64,000 nucleotides of DNA from Marsupella aquatica (GCA_973895155.1 OZ316898.1:17350752-17414751); one strand, 5' to 3'; positions 35,385-49,795 are shown, counted from the stretch's first letter. Made by a program: numbers and translations. The notes: generated by a model from the letters alone, not told the origin.

Positions 35385-35897
35385 CAATCTACTAACCTTT
35401 CAGTTTGGGAAGGCAAGCCACACTTGACTGCGTTGCAAACAAATAAAAAAATTGTGCACATGATGTCAAAGTTTAACTTGTTTGAAGCTTGTGCATTGTA
35501 CATTTTGAAAGTCCAAATGTCAGATGTGAATAGAGAAGAAAATAGGTGCACGCTTGAGCAGGATGTGATGGTCCAAACTGTCATGTCAACTCATCTGAGG
35601 CCTGAGCTTGCCTACACCCACCAAGCTTTCTCAACATGCACACAATGTCATGAGAACACAAATCACAAGCATTTGGCTCACTTGAGTAGTCCATTGTCTA
35701 CAAACACACACTGGAGACAATCTCCAATCCAATCACCATGTGGACAAGTCTAGGCTAAGCAGCCTAGCTATAAAACACGATGGTTACATGCAGGAGCCCA
35801 CTCAGATTTGACTGTAGGATTCATTATATGAAATAGGCTAGTATGATTAGGCAAATTTCCAAAGCGGCCACTATCTAATTTTTGGTGAAACAATGAT

Positions 35898-35955
35898 CTA
35901 AACTAAACTAAACTAAACTAAACTAAACTAAACTAAACTAAACTAAACTAAACTA
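35898..35955. repeat. (CTAAA)n microsatellite, about 11 units
   Basis: Perfect pentanucleotide run. Confidence 0.97.
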
Positions 35956-36224
35956 CGAGTTGTACATCTAACAATCTTAGATTATGTAATATCAAAATTG
36001 AGCTTCATAGACTAACGTGAAGTTCACATCCATAGTGTATGATCAACCAGGGCTCATTAGAGCACATTCCTAGTTCTATTCCATCATACCAGCAGAATTA
36101 TGAATTGCTACCGCAACAATATTTACATCAATGTGCACCTAACCTAACTATTGAATTACCATTGCACGAGATTCCATTGTAAAGCATCTAGCAAAGGGAG
36201 CTTCCCGGAGAGCTCGCAATGGAT

Positions 36225-37800
36225 CAAGCTCTTTGTCGTGATGCTAGCCGTGCTAGCCATCACTGACGCCGTATGTAGGAACTTTTACTCTATCCTTAGC
36301 CAGCTTGGAGCCCACCCAAAAGACGGTCTCCATTAATTAACACCCTCACCCTCACGGGGTTAACGAAGTGTATATTTTTGGGTACCATCTGCGATCCTAG
36401 CCTAATATAAATAGACCTATTAATTTTATAAAGAAAATATTTCCAGAATATATTCCATTTTCAATATTAATAACATATTTTACTTTATAAAAGGCATATA
36501 TTAGAGAATATTTTATAAACATGAATTTATAATACCTTCTTTTGTCTCCTATGCTTTTTAAAAATTTAGTTAATTTCTATCAAATATACCTATTTTGGAT
36601 CGTATGTGGTTCCTAAAACTTTTGATAGTCAACCCCCCCCCCCAACCCCTCACCTGGAAGTAAGGGCTTATTGGCAGGATTATGGTCCAAATTGTAAGAC
36701 TCTTGGACCTCCCAAATCCCAATCCAAATAGTATGAAAGCTCTCCCAAAAATATGGGAGGCAAATTATTGGGCAGGTTGGATATCCTAAGCCTAGCCAAA
36801 AATGTCAGTCCTGAAGGCTCATGAGGGACTTATTCATGGCCTCCTTTGACCTGCTGATCCGCACTGGTTTGGCGGATGCGTGAAGTTCAGGGCTTCTTGA
36901 TTGCACTTTGTGCATTTCACGTTACTCTCCTCGAGACCAACTGGGAGTGGAACATCAACTGCAATTTGTGGACTGTTTTGTTGGACCCCACATCCAACCG
37001 CAATCGCTTTGATGACAAGCCTGTACTTGCGATTGAGGGCACCGCGATGTGCATTGACATTGACAAGTCTGTAACCCATCGGCCACATCAGCAGAAATTT
37101 GAACCTGGTATATAAGCCCTAGATTGTCAAGAAAGCAAGGGAAGAAATGGAGTGTTTCACTTCCGCCTGCAGCACTACAGTAGATGGACATAGGTTAAGA
37201 TATAAGACCATGGAGAGGTCATCAAACTCTATAAGACCCTATCCCATCGTAGATGGTAGGTTTGCAAAATGAGGAAAAAGAGAGAGTACTTGGCCTTTCA
37301 TGGAAAATGGACTTTTTCCCTCAACCTGAGATGCACCCAAACAGAATTTATCTTATCTCAAATGTTTATCCAAGCTGCCTCAAGGCAGACTAACTGAAAA
37401 TATTTTTATTAAAAATAAAAACATTTTCTGGAGACTAGGAAAAATAAAATGGAAGAAGAAAATTGAAAGTGAAGATTGACCCCATTTCAATCCCAATATC
37501 TCAAGGAATATTCCAAATTAGTCAATTAGTTTCTGTCTATGCAAGGTCCATGGAATCATGGTTGTCAATGAGATTGAAGTTTGTGAAAACTTTAAATATC
37601 TATTTATTAATTAACAAAATTGAAAATTAATCAAAATTAAAATAAATGTACTCCCTCCTATGGCATAACCATGCTTGGACCTTCGCAATTATGTGATGAT
37701 CTCCATCACCCATTCGAGCATCCATCTTGTGTCCATGTGCTCTAACAGTGCTAGGTGGCAGCTAACTAAGATGTTTCAACAACTATGTCTCAACAACTTT
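36225..37800 (+). repeat. Copy 2 of the old local duplication (paralogous to 32030-33960)
   Basis: Shared blocks as described for copy 1; interrupted by an AT-rich MITE-like insertion. Confidence 0.7.
36356..36636. mobile_element. AT-rich MITE-like insertion with imperfect ~40-bp TIRs
   Basis: GGGGTTAAC...TTTTGGGTACCATCTGCGATCC versus GGATCGTATGTGGTTCCTAAAA...GTCAACCCC; absent from the paralogous copy at ~32150; CCCTCAC on both flanks (TSD ambiguous). Confidence 0.55.
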
Positions 37801-37974
37801 CTTTGTCTCAATTTGTAGCATAAGAAAGATGGACCAATAAGTATGTGTTTTTACTTGCACCTATTTGGTCCATCTTTCTTATGCTTTTCTCATGCCAAGG
37901 ACTGAGTAAGTAAAAGTTACCAGCAAGTAAGTTGTATTCACATCCTTATATGGCCTTTGTGGAGTACAATAGTA

Positions 37975-38500
37975 CTAATATGCAAAGTTGCCAAATAACA
38001 GTGTGTGGCATAGGTATATAAGGGACCATATTTGTTGATGACAAAATGCTTCTATCAATTTCCATCTATTCCTATGTATTGGCAAGAGATTCCACGTCAT
38101 TTGTGCACATGAGTGTTACAAGTCATTTTTGCAAATGACTGTGGCACAAGTCATTTATAACATGTCAATGTTCTTAGTTCACTTGTCATTTTAGGGGAGG
38201 ACAATATGACTAAGGAGTGCCTCAGGTGGCTAGTTGGTAATATACGGTGAAGCTATCCTACATTAGGTACACCGTGACCCATTCCACATGGTGCAAGATA
38301 GGGTACTCACGAGGGTACTCAATCATGAACCTTAGGCCACTACTTATGTCACTTGGGTCTCACAATATTTTTTATGGCCCATCTTGTGCAACATGGACAA
38401 GCCTCGCTCTACTTGGGCAAAACTCTCCCAAGTTGAATGACTTTGGAATGATTTGCCCATTTAAAGGGTGCAAAACACTCAAATTTTGTCATTTGCACTA
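37975..38500 (+). mobile_element. Degenerate internal fragment related to the CACTA element
   Basis: Shares GTTGCCAAATAACA, CCACATGGTGCAAGATAGGGTACT and GGGCAAAACTCTCCCAAGTTG with 20400-21200; no CACTA ends seen. Confidence 0.7.
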
Positions 38501-39856
38501 GTTTCACAACAATAACAATGACCAAAATGAGTTCGTGGAACCCCTGGCTAGCTATATTGTATAGGGTTCACCTTAGTAAATATTGTTCTTGAATTTTCTT
38601 GGAGGATGCTTTGTTGAAATTGTCACCTCAGCCCATAGGGAGTCGGGCCGGGGCATTTATAGGGCAGCGTGGGGAAGCACACATGCACCAGGGGTGCCCA
38701 TTTCCTCCATCAATGGTCAAGGAAAATAGTCAAAAAAATACAACTGCCATGGATCTTTTTCGCCCTTGAGATTTTTTTTGGTATTGGGACGAAGGAAAAA
38801 AAATTGAGGGATCCCTTATTATCTTACTAATAAAGCCCCAACTGCAGCCTACTCTTCACAAGCTAGGGTCTAGAGTGAAGACTCTAGAGAGTAACTCTAT
38901 GATCATCATGTGCATGGGAAAAACTTATGACATGACTATGTTGTATGTACATGCCAGTTTTATGTGATAATTTTTTAAATATTTACATTCAAAAAATATA
39001 GGCAGTATGGCCCCACCACAACATATGTGCATAGAACATGGATCTGCATACAAAAAGCATGATATACACATCAAGGAGAATGATATATTATATATGACTA
39101 TTAAAATGATGAGTTTTTTTATCACTTCATTAACCTTCAAAGAACATGAATAGATAATATATTTTGATAATTCTTTTATTGTCTTCTCCACTATTCACCT
39201 CTTCAAAGAAGGGGCTAGTAGTTGTATTCACCTTCAAAGAAGGGGCTAGTAGTTGTAAATAAAAACAATTGCACTATTGTCAATTATAACATGGGCAAGT
39301 ATTTACAAGCTAAATCGTGCAATGCTTGACGTTCCTAATAACTATGGAGTACAAAGGAATGCAAACAGAACAAAGCCACTCAGGAGATTATTGAGTCTCT
39401 CTCTCTCTGCAGTCTCTCCCTTCTTCTGAATCGGCCCTCCCCTTCGAGTGCACGCCTCTCTCTCTCTCTTTCTCAATCTGCCCTTCTCCTCCTTGGAGCT
39501 CACGCATCTGCAATTCTCTCACGATTCATACTCTGAGGCCGCTGTCCAAAACACCCCGTGCTCAATGTGTCTCTCTCGAGATCGAGATGGCTGAAACGGA
39601 TTTCGATACAGCAGAAATTCCCTCAATGAATTGATGATATCACTTTGTGGATGCTGTGACAGAGGGATTGCCACGGAGTTTGTCATTCTCTCCAAGTACT
39701 GCATGTTTTGTGACATATGGCTGAGAGATCGGTCAGCTTGACGAGAATCATCATCAGTAGGAGTTCAGGCAGGCACGGCTGCAATCTACTCCCATCTCCC
39801 TGGGAAGTCGATCAAAGCTTAGGGAGTGGCCGAGTACAAGAGGTTGAGAGAAGGAC

Positions 39857-41260
39857 ATGACAATCTGGCCGATTCTGTTGACCTCTGGATTAGTCTCCCC
39901 GCTGCTCCTCGTGTTCTTCGCTGTGATATATACGGGGCAGTACAGAAGGCGAGCACAGAGAGTCGTAGGGTTTTTCCATCCCTTCACGAACGATGGAGGT
40001 GGTGGAGAGCGCGTGCTGTGGTGTGCCGTTCGGGCCACTCAGGAGTCCGTCGATCTCAGCGTAGTGATTTACACTGGTGACCCGGCCACCCCTGAGTCTC
40101 TTGCAGCTCGTGCCCTTGAGAAATTCGGCATCACTCTCCGGGAAAACCCGCTGGTTGTGCAGCTCCAGAAGAGGAAGTGGGTGGAGGCTGCAACATGGCG
40201 GCGGTTCACTCTGATAGGCCAGAGCTTGGGGTCAATTGTTTTGGGATGGGAGGCTTTAACGAAACTCACGCCCCTGCTGTTTATTGATACCAGTGGGTAT
40301 GCCTTCACGTACCCATTGGCCCGCCTCTTTGGTTGTAAAGTGGCCTGCTACACCCATTACCCTACCATTAGCTCTGACATGCTCCAGAGAGTGAAGAACC
40401 GGAAGTCTTTGTACAACAATGACGATAGAATTGCTAAGAGTGTGTTGTTGTCAAGAGGGAAATTGTTTTATTACAAGCTTGTGGCTTACTTGTATGGATG
40501 GGCAGGCAGCTGCACTCACTTGGCCATGGTGAATGGGTCTTGGACTCGGGATCACATTGAGAAATTGTGGAGAATTCCGAAGAGGATTGTTAGGGTTTAT
40601 CCTCCATGTGACACGGGCACTCTGCAGGAATTCCCCCTAGAGCGGTCTGGGTTTGATCCATTCATCATCTCTGTGGCTCAGTTCCGCCCAGAAAAGGCTC
40701 ATGCCCTTCAATTGTCAGCTTTTCAGTTGGCTCTGGAGAATCTACAAGATGAAATGAATGGGGAACTTCGCAGACCACGTCTAAAGCTTGTTGGCAGCTG
40801 CAGAAATGTCGAAGATGAGCAGCGTGTTGAAAATCTTAAGCGAATGTGTTTTGAATTGGGGATTGAGGAGGATGTGGATTTTTGTGTGAATGTGTCCTAC
40901 GAGATTCTTGTGAATATGCTGGGTAACGCCATGGGTGGTTTGCACACCATGATTGATGAACATTTCGGCATCAGCGTCGTAGAGTACATGGCAGCTGGGG
41001 CCATTCCAATTGCACATAGGTCGGCTGGACCCAAACAAGATATCGTTGTAAATGAGGGCTTGCAGCAGACCGGTTTCCTAGCAGAAACGTTAAATGAGTA
41101 CGCAGAAGCCATTGTTAAAGTGCTCACTCTTCCCAAAGAGGAGCGTTTGCATATGGCCAGTGCTGGTAGGAGGCGGGCTTCGAGATTTTCGGAGGCAAGA
41201 TTCGATGAAGATTTCAAGGCAGCCATGAAGATTCTGTATAGAAGCTTGGACTCTACTTAA
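39857..41260 (+). CDS. ALG11: GDP-Man:Man3GlcNAc2-PP-dolichol alpha-1,2-mannosyltransferase (GT4), 467 aa, single coding exon
   Basis: N-terminal TM; [22 protein letters not shown]; [10 protein letters not shown]; [11 protein letters not shown]; [11 protein letters not shown]; [19 protein letters not shown]; [15 protein letters not shown]-rich leader lies at ~39395-39520. Confidence 0.97.
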   Translation: MTIWPILLTSGLVSPLLLVFFAVIYTGQYRRRAQRVVGFFHPFTNDGGGGERVLWCAVRATQESVDLSVVIYTGDPATPESLAARALEKFGITLRENPLVVQLQKRKWVEAATWRRFTLIGQSLGSIVLGWEALTKLTPLLFIDTSGYAFTYPLARLFGCKVACYTHYPTISSDMLQRVKNRKSLYNNDDRIAKSVLLSRGKLFYYKLVAYLYGWAGSCTHLAMVNGSWTRDHIEKLWRIPKRIVRVYPPCDTGTLQEFPLERSGFDPFIISVAQFRPEKAHALQLSAFQLALENLQDEMNGELRRPRLKLVGSCRNVEDEQRVENLKRMCFELGIEEDVDFCVNVSYEILVNMLGNAMGGLHTMIDEHFGISVVEYMAAGAIPIAHRSAGPKQDIVVNEGLQQTGFLAETLNEYAEAIVKVLTLPKEERLHMASAGRRRASRFSEARFDEDFKAAMKILYRSLDST

Positions 41261-42999
41261 ACTGCTCTTTGCTGAACACGGGTTTCATGTTTTCAATTGG
41301 CATCAGTGGAAGACATCTTAATTGGATACCTCAATTTACTTGCGATACCGTTGAGAGAACTACTCTAATCGTCCAAGTGATGGCCTCCCTGTATTCAAAC
41401 CTGGCTGCCACATGCTTTGTGGTTAGTACTACTAGATCCTCGAGGCAAGATTTTACATATGTAGTGTGACCTCATTTGAGCATGGACTGGAATGTGAGAC
41501 GGAAATTGTATCGAAATTAACTTCAACGAATCATTGTTATGTACATTGTTAGATTCTGCAATTCAAAACGCTCATGGTTACTACAAAGTTTATCACAATT
41601 CTGCTATCCTGGACCACAGATCTTTTAGGTCCATCTTTGGAGCAAGTTGAAGGTGGCAGCACTCAAGATCGAGTATCCACATGATAATAAATAATATCAC
41701 TGGCGGCTAGTTTGGCTCCCTCGTTGGGCAAAACCTTCATTCCGATAATTGTGAAGAAATCATGGTCTTGGTCTTGGAGATGTGTGCCATACAGCTGACC
41801 ACTCTTAGAAACACTGATTGATCACGATAAGAGGTGACTGGTCTCTGACATTCATTTCAGGGCATTTTATAAAAAACAGTTTTCCAAAATCATTCAGACC
41901 TAGCAAAGAAAAATATTTCAGGACTGGTTGTTACTGTCCTGGAAATGAATCGGGAGTTGTTACCATCGATCATTGCTAGTTTTGGCATTGTATCTGAGTA
42001 AGTGTCTGAAGCTTCGATCCCTAAACCCTGGACACATTTGTTAGTATATTATGTAGAAAGTTTAGTGAAGTTTAGCTTATTGTGGTGGTAAACATCACTC
42101 GAGAATAGATTCGTAGTCGATTTTCCTCGTCTGGTGTGAACTGGTGAAAATAAATCTTTATTTCATGTGTGTGAACGCCTTCATTACATTTTGAGCAAAT
42201 TATTGTCTCCTCCCACGGTCATACAGCAATTGACTTGGTGACTGTAAATAACCGAGATATGCTAAGCACCAACGACAACCATCAATTGGTCGTGACTTCC
42301 CTTCTTTCGAGCAAGCCACAACCCTTATTGACGTTCGTCTGCTGTCTTGTACGTGAAGATTCAATAAGCATAGACAGACCCCCTGAGCGAATTGAAAGAA
42401 TATGGAAAGAGAGTGTCTAATGTTGATGGGATGTTGAAGAAACTGTCCAAGTCGTTGGCAGGTCACAATACTTACCTAAGTGTGTCCTTTTATACGGTAG
42501 GTGAAGAGAGAAGGAATCGTGCACTGAATTAGCTGGGTACAACGCAAAGCCATGCTCGATTCCAACCTCTTCCTCGTCCATGCATTGTTGCTCTCTTTCT
42601 TGAGAGTGCCCTGAAGACTATCCCTCGGTTTGGGGCATTAATGCATTGACTGGAGAACGGATACCAACATAACGAGGCTGTCTTCAGGGTGCTGTCCATG
42701 TCCATCTCGGATTGACATTTGTTAAATGAAGAACAAATGTTGGCCTATCAAATTGCAATGTTCGTCGCGTTCTTCACTGTGGAATGCTCTGTAACGAAGG
42801 GTATCTTGAACTCTGAAAGATTTGAAGGTACTCGATCGATCACGTGACTCCATAAGTGTGTTGTCGCAGAAACTCTCGACAGAGACCTTTGTGTGAGGTG
42901 GCTACCTGTGACATTTCCAGCTGTTCCGTTGCTGGATCGTCTAGTAGGCATGACTGGTTGAACACAAGAATGTTGCCGAGTGTCTCAACGTTTCACCGC

Positions 43000-44110
43000 T
43001 TTGTCTTCTTTATGTGCCGATAACGAGGACAAATGAGTATATGTAAGTCTTTACTGTGCGCGGGGCTCTTTTCAGTACTGTTTGCATTTTATGTACTTTG
43101 TGGTGTGGTTGTTGGGACAGTACTGTACTTAGTTTCTGGTTCGTTGGCCAATATCGTCAGAGGATTTGTGCATACGGGGTTTGTGCATACGTTCACCAGG
43201 TTTTCATCGTGATGATGTAGCTGTATATATTGCCGTGGATGCTAGGAGGCTAGCATTAACTGGTCTGTTCAGATTATTAGAACCGTGGGGTGCTTCACGA
43301 AGGTAAGTTTGATTTACCAAACAGGGTTAGTTCTTGTAAGAATTGTAAGGCAGCAGCATGGCAATTTGGTTTTGATTCGCAATACTTCCGAATCTGTACT
43401 TTTAATTAAGTAATTGTTATCTGTCATTTCACATCAAAGTGGTATAATAGGGGTTTATTTCTTACTATTCTTCGCTGGGTTGGCTTATCTAAGACTGATC
43501 AATATATCGCTCTAAATTACAAATTTGGGGTCAGTGTTCAAAGATTCATCAGCGGCATTCCATCTCCGAAGACACATGGTGTCAAATTTTGGAGTCCAGC
43601 AGGAGCGTACATGACGATTTAAACAACTATGATCCTGAACGTAGCACTTTGTAAGACCATCATACAAGTCTTAAGATGGTCTTCTTGAAAGTAAGAAAGC
43701 AGGGGACAAGTGTATCTCGGGGGACTACTGAGAGGTGGGACTACTGAGAGGTGGTCTTCTAGTTTTGATACATGGTCTCGCTATCCAGGGATATTGTATA
43801 ATTTGCATTATATAGAATGAGATCCACGATTCTGAGATGCTTTTGTACTTGTGGTTCTTCAGGTGCCTGGCCGGTGCTTGTAGATGAGTTTGTTAACAAG
43901 ATGTATAGGTACGTTGCTGAATGTCCACCTGGTGTTCTCACGTTGCAGTGCGGTTGGTCATAACATAACATGACTACTTCAGGAGCAGGACAAAGTCTGT
44001 ACTAGCAATGGCAGCATGCCAAATTTGTGAAATCATCCCTTGCAATGTGCAATTCAGAGTCCACAGTTCCATGTGACACTGACGGAGATTCGTCTACAAA
44101 GGTATCTCCT
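43000..44110 (+). pseudogene. Partial direct duplicate of 53220-54365 (intron plus one exon of the unidentified gene)
   Basis: Collinear high similarity over ~1.1 kb; the exon copy has a 1-nt deletion near 43987 (GCAGGACAAAG versus GCGAGGACAAAG). Confidence 0.85.
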
Positions 44111-44667
44111 GATTCAACGTTGCGGTAAAACGTTGAGACGATGGGGTCCGTTGTCAAGAGGGACCCCTGATGATGTACCCAAATCTTAAGCCAAGTACGA
44201 TTGAATACTAGATGAAAATCCAGCTGATTCGCCGCATAGCTGGTCATACACTAAGGATGCAAAATTGATATGATACAAGAAAGAACCTACTGTTAAACAT
44301 AAGAATTCTCCGTTAAAACAATCTTATAGGCATAGTACACAACACGTTCCAATCCCATTCTCAAATCCGATGTAAACTCTGCAACACAAAAACATCGTCA
44401 GTCCAAGTTCGTACTTTCCATCAAGTAAAACGTGTCCAATCAGTGTTCTACCTCTACATCAGATGCAGCTGATGGGGATGGTTGCTTTGTGGAAGCCTAG
44501 CATCAAATGCAACTGATATGGGAGATGTGATATATACAGAGTACGGAAGAGTCCTCTAAAACGGGAGCCTTGAACAATCATGATCAGAAAAGAAAGATAC
44601 CTTAGAGGACAAAGCAGGAATTCGTCGACCGTTGAAAGAAATTCCTATACCATGGGGGTATGCCAGA

Positions 44668-47600
44668 TCAGGTGTTTATAAAACCCGCCTTTCGACCCTC
44701 AAAACCCGGCCGCATAAGTTTCTTCTCTCTCTACAGATCAGTAATAACCAGTCAGCTCTGAAAAACAAACGTGCACACGCTAAATGATCTTGCATAACAC
44801 AAATCATAAGTGTTTCGCTAATTAGGATCGTTCACTCGAAACTTAACATACACTACCCAGACAAGTCAATTGAGCTAACCTTTAAAATCGCACGTTCTTT
44901 GTTTGACTGAATCCGTTGTGAGATGTTCTCTTTTCGAGTTTTTTGCTTCTCTGACGTTGCTTTCTTCTCGAAAGACTTCCTTTCTTTCCTGCGCACACCA
45001 AGTATTGAGGAATATTAGAGATTTCCTGGGTTGAATTTGATCATTGGAAAAGCGATGCTCTACGTCCAGGTTCATGCCCTGGCATAAGCGTGATCATAAT
45101 TCTAAAGATCTTCACATGCATGACGATCTCAGATCCAGCATGACCTAGAAGATTTCTCCAATTGCAACTATTGCCCGCTCGAACGTCCAGAAGGGGAACT
45201 CTGAATGAAAAGTATCAACCAAAACAACCCATGGCAAGCTGACCAAAAACTAACAATTCGCTTTAAAAGTTAAGGATCCAACAGTCGAAGTATTCTCAGA
45301 CAACAGAAGAATCATTAACTGCAAGGATATTGAAAGGAAGAGCTCTACAAGCACGAATGATGACAAAAACAGCAGCGAATGATGACGTTCCAAGGTAATG
45401 CAAAATATCGGCCTTCCAATATATCAAAAATTGGGTTCTCACCATTGCTTTGAACTTTTTATTTTTTGCTGCTGCTCCCTTTTCATGCTGTTCTTCAAGA
45501 GCTTAGGATTGTCTAGGACCTGCATCAGAAACCAAAAAAATGCAATGCTCACTATGATAGCCCCGTTCGTAACCATTCAGCAGATAAAAATCATCGGTGA
45601 TTTTCGGCGGTATACTAGCGAGTTGGATTCAAGTCTCACCTTTTCTCCCGCAGCTCGACTAACAGCAGATGACCAAGAATGCTTAGTGATCACCTCCTAC
45701 ACAAGACAAGGCCCATCAAAAAGCATAATCAGAGCTCCAGTGGATTTCATGCAACCTAAGAGGCTTTTGAGCATGTGCAAAGCGACAAACTTTGAGCAAT
45801 ATGCTGTCATTGCTGTTATGGTAAGACTGAAGAAAATACCCCGCCCTTCTCAGGATCTTGCATCTTCTCCTGCAGTTTAATTGCCTGCAAAGGGAAAACG
45901 GTTTTTCTCAGATATTGTACGCAGAACAACACTTCGCTTATACGAGAGCTACCCGCCCACAAATGCTCGAAATAGAAATTCAGACTGCTATGCAATTTCT
46001 TGTCCGCCCTTGCTCTACTATTGAGCAAATGTGGTATTTCCATATTTCCAACTCAACCAGTATCACTCAGAAATTGAAGATGCTGACCTTCTCCAGTAGA
46101 TCTTCTTTGGTTTCTTTGCGCCGCTTCCGACCAAGGCCAACAACAGAATTCTGTAGACCCATTTTAACACGACTAAATTCAAGCTCGGCAAGGTCCACCT
46201 CAGCTTCCTGCAGCACAGTTGAATTTCAAACAACATCAGAGGGGTAACGCCAACATTCAGCCCCCAAAAAGTAAACAAACGAAAAAAGGCATCAAACAGA
46301 AGTCTAAAAACAGAGGACCACAGTCGAATCCCTAAAGCATCTCCGCATCTGCTCAAGTTCCCATCTGGCTGATGCTTCTCAACATTAAGAGATGTATCCA
46401 TCTCCCAAGGGTAACGGTGCTGGTGGTGCATGATGGTCTAAGAACAACATGTGGATTTCCGGACTGTTTGTACCTTTGGTGTATTCTTCACCGTCTTCTC
46501 CACTTTTTGGCGCTTAGGAGACTGCTCTTGGGTGGTCACTGTGGTCAGTGTTTCCTGCCCTTTAGGAGCACTCTTCATTAATCTTCTTTTGAGACTCTCC
46601 TTTTTCTTCTCATTTTGAAAATTGCGAGCATTATGGGTAGCTGCTGCAGCTGTTTCAGCATGACGCTTTGATCGTAACATCTCAATTCGTTTGTGTAACC
46701 TCTCTCGTAGGTCATCATAAGTCATTGCCCTGTCTACTGTTTCTGGACCTGAAAACAACGACGGCCCACACACGTCAAGCGAGAAGGTTTCACCAAAAAC
46801 GTTGACATTGAAACCACATGTTCTGACAACAACATGCAGTGAAAATCTTCGACTGCTTTGGAAGCTTTCCAAGGATACTATCATCCCCTCTCCCTATTGA
46901 ACGAGCAAGCGGAAGACTAATGAATGGTATTGACGTAGATGTGCAAATAAACTACAAGAACATAGCTAGATACCTTTCAGATGGACTATCCCTTCCGCCT
47001 CTGCATCCACATTCTTCTCTGGCTCCAGTTTCTTTTCTTGGAGCACTTGCAAGGTTGACTTGAACTTATCTGGATCTAGCTGTCATCGGCACAAAACCAC
47101 CATAGGCAAGTCGCGTGAGTACAATAATAATTTAGATACAATCACAACTGCAACCATTCACAAATGAGAAACGGGCGATAGAAATGGAAAAATAGAAACA
47201 ACATAAAAAACAGGTTGGGAAGTGACAAAACCACACACCCTGTTGCGTTTAGCCTTCTTCAAATTCTCCTTTGTTGTAATCTTCCCTGCTAATCTGGCAG
47301 CCTTGTTTTTCTTGAAAGTCTGCGTCCATAACCAAATGTTCTCTCCGCACATTATTCAGCAATCTCCAGATAGTTGACCGCCACACAGTACCATTTTTTG
47401 ACAGCAATTACTACACATTCTACAAACCAGAAGAGCAGCCCCCAGGAGATACGGTTCACGTAATTCAGACGTGAGCTGAAGTCAGAAATTACAAAAACAC
47501 CTTAAACCGAATTTAAGTAAACGTTATCAACGAAGATCTCAAATACAATCAGCGTACTTGCCTGCCTCTCAAGTTCCTTAGAGACTAGGAGCATTAGAGA

Positions 47601-47884
47601 ATGAAGATACTCTCTGAAGACAGGCAACTGAGAAGAGAAATGCAGCCATACCCATGTGTCGCTTGCTTCCTCATTGGGTACGTAGAACTTGGCCGGAATA
47701 AGCTCCACCAACTTGTCGAAAACTGCATCAAGAACACAATTAGCCGTTCAACATCCCAGCCACCCTCAACTAGGTCATTTATACAACCTTCCTATCCAAA
47801 TTGAAGAAAAGGTCAATCCCCAAATCAATACGCGGAAAACTTACATATGGAATGCGAATGCACGACGGCGGGAAGGTCCGCCAT
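44668..47884 (-). CDS. SURF6: Surfeit locus protein 6 / RRP14 ribosome biogenesis factor, 11 exons
   Basis: GT-AG exons 47884-47845, 47722-47652, 47319-47239, 47079-46974, 46748-46474, 46207-46088, 45884-45840, 45696-45640, 45519-45443, 44988-44880 and 44730-44668 give HSIFFDKLVELIPAKFY, KKAKRNRLDPD, LRERLHKRIEMLR, WSSAVSRAAGEKVLDNPKLLKNSMKRE, SSKQWKER and RPGFEGR. Confidence 0.93.
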
Positions 47885-48464
47885 TTCCGAGCAAAGCGAG
47901 TGCTCTTCCAGAAAACTCGTGTCCGTCCACAGGGTAAGGAGGGTGAGCGCGGCCCTAAAACCTAGGAAGTGTCTCCTAAACCTTCTGTGTTCCGGATACT
48001 CTGCTGAAGTACTTCGATCAAAGCTTCTTTTGGCGTGCTGTGCGAAACATGGGCTTTCCCTCCCCACCTAGGGCAGCCACCTCCGAATCCGTGGGCTAAA
48101 GGACATTAAGGAGGGAGAACTCCGATCACACTAGACAGCACTTCCAAGTTTATGTAAGCTTCCACAGATGCTAAACGATGCAAGAGCTTGTCGCTGACAT
48201 TTTCTCCCACATCTCGGATCTCCTATTTTTGTTGCACGTTATAGGCTTTGCCTGCAGGAGTCTGTTCGGAATGGAATAGAGATCTTGGAGAGATTTGACA
48301 TCTGGAAAAAATCCCGCTTGTGGCAATTTCTTCTCAGCCCAAGAGGAAAAATTCTCCCAGTTTTCTCTTCTCAGCTCCCATCGAGTTCACGTCACCATAG
48401 CACACGAGAAAAACATAAGAAGGAGCACGTAATAAACAACGGCAGGAGCGGGTGAGGGGTCTGT

Positions 48465-49795
48465 CAACCCTAAACCCACCCTCCTACTTAGACCAAAACC
48501 CTCCTCCACTAAATCCACCGTCTCTTTTGAGCATAGCAAAACCATACTCCACTAAACCCTCCTGCTATTTTGAGGAAACAGCTTTTCTTTTTGCTTTGAA
48601 TACCCAAAACTGACCCATCCAATAGAGGATAGACAATCAACTCAGGAGCATGCACAAGGGGGGAGTCATACCCAGTACCAGGAGGGAGAGAGGGTTGGAC
48701 CAAAGCCCCAAAGAGGACTACCCAGGGGTTGAGGAGAAACCAAGACTCCCACCACTACACCCCACCCACACACACACACACACTCTCTCCACAACCCTTG
48801 CATGGAGGAAACAGCTTTTGACTACAGTGCTACTGTGGTTATTGTGTTTACCCACCTTCCTTTTTGAGCGGAGCAAAACCATGCTCCACTAAACCCTCCT
48901 AAACCCACCTGCTGTTTTGAGCTACCAGCTTTTGACTGTAGTGCTACTGTTGTTATTGTATTTATAAATATGCTATCATAATGGTTTTTGTATTTGGCTA
49001 CCTTGGTTACATTGGTCAATTTGTCCTCCCTATACACAACCATGTTATATTTGTAAATGCAAAAGAATAGTGGCAGTATTGTCAATTGGAACATCTTTAG
49101 TGGCAAAGCAGTTAAGAGTTGTTTGAGAAAAATGAAGATTACTTACATGCAAGCAAACATGAATTTCCATTAATTTTTGCTAGAGAAGAAGGGTATTGCT
49201 AGCAAGACAAATTATATTATTTCCTGGCATTCACCAATTAGGTATGAATTTACTGAGTCTCTCGGGCGTCACTAGCGTCCGGCGGTATCTGAATATTACC
49301 TCTGTTTCTTCACCAAGTGTAGAGGTCAGCAAGTTTGTTAGCCAAAAAGGAGTTCAAAATGGGATTTTCTGAAAAACTGCACCAAAACTGAGGTGTTGAA
49401 ACCCAAGCAACATACTGCACAAAACCCCATTAACCTACCTCTTACTTTGAGCAAAACAATCTGCAGTAAACCACTAATTCCACATTCTAATGTGAGCAAA
49501 ACAGTACTGCACTAAAACTCCAAAACCCACCTCCTAATTGAGCATAAGGATAAATAATCCACTAAACCCACCCTCCTACTGTGAGCAAACAATGCTCCAC
49601 TATACCCCACTAAACCCCTCTAAACCCACCTCCTACTTTAAGCAAAACAATACTGTACTAAGCCCCCTAAACTCACCTCCCAGTGTGAGCAAACAGTAGT
49701 GCACTAAACTCCATAAACCCACCTCCTACTTTTGAGCAAAACAATACATCACTAAACCTCTAAACCCACTTCCTATTGTGATCAAAACAATACTG
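48465..49795. repeat. Degenerate arrays of CCACTAAACCCACCTCCTACT..GAGCAAAACAATAC units (48465-48940 and 49390-49795)
   Basis: The unit of ~40-60 bp recurs more than 10 times in direct orientation. Confidence 0.75.

Noticed and set aside
47825-48067. 80-aa ORF as an N-terminal extension of SURF6
   Set aside because: It starts at a non-ATG codon; homology begins at the ATG at 47884 (MADLPAVVHSH).
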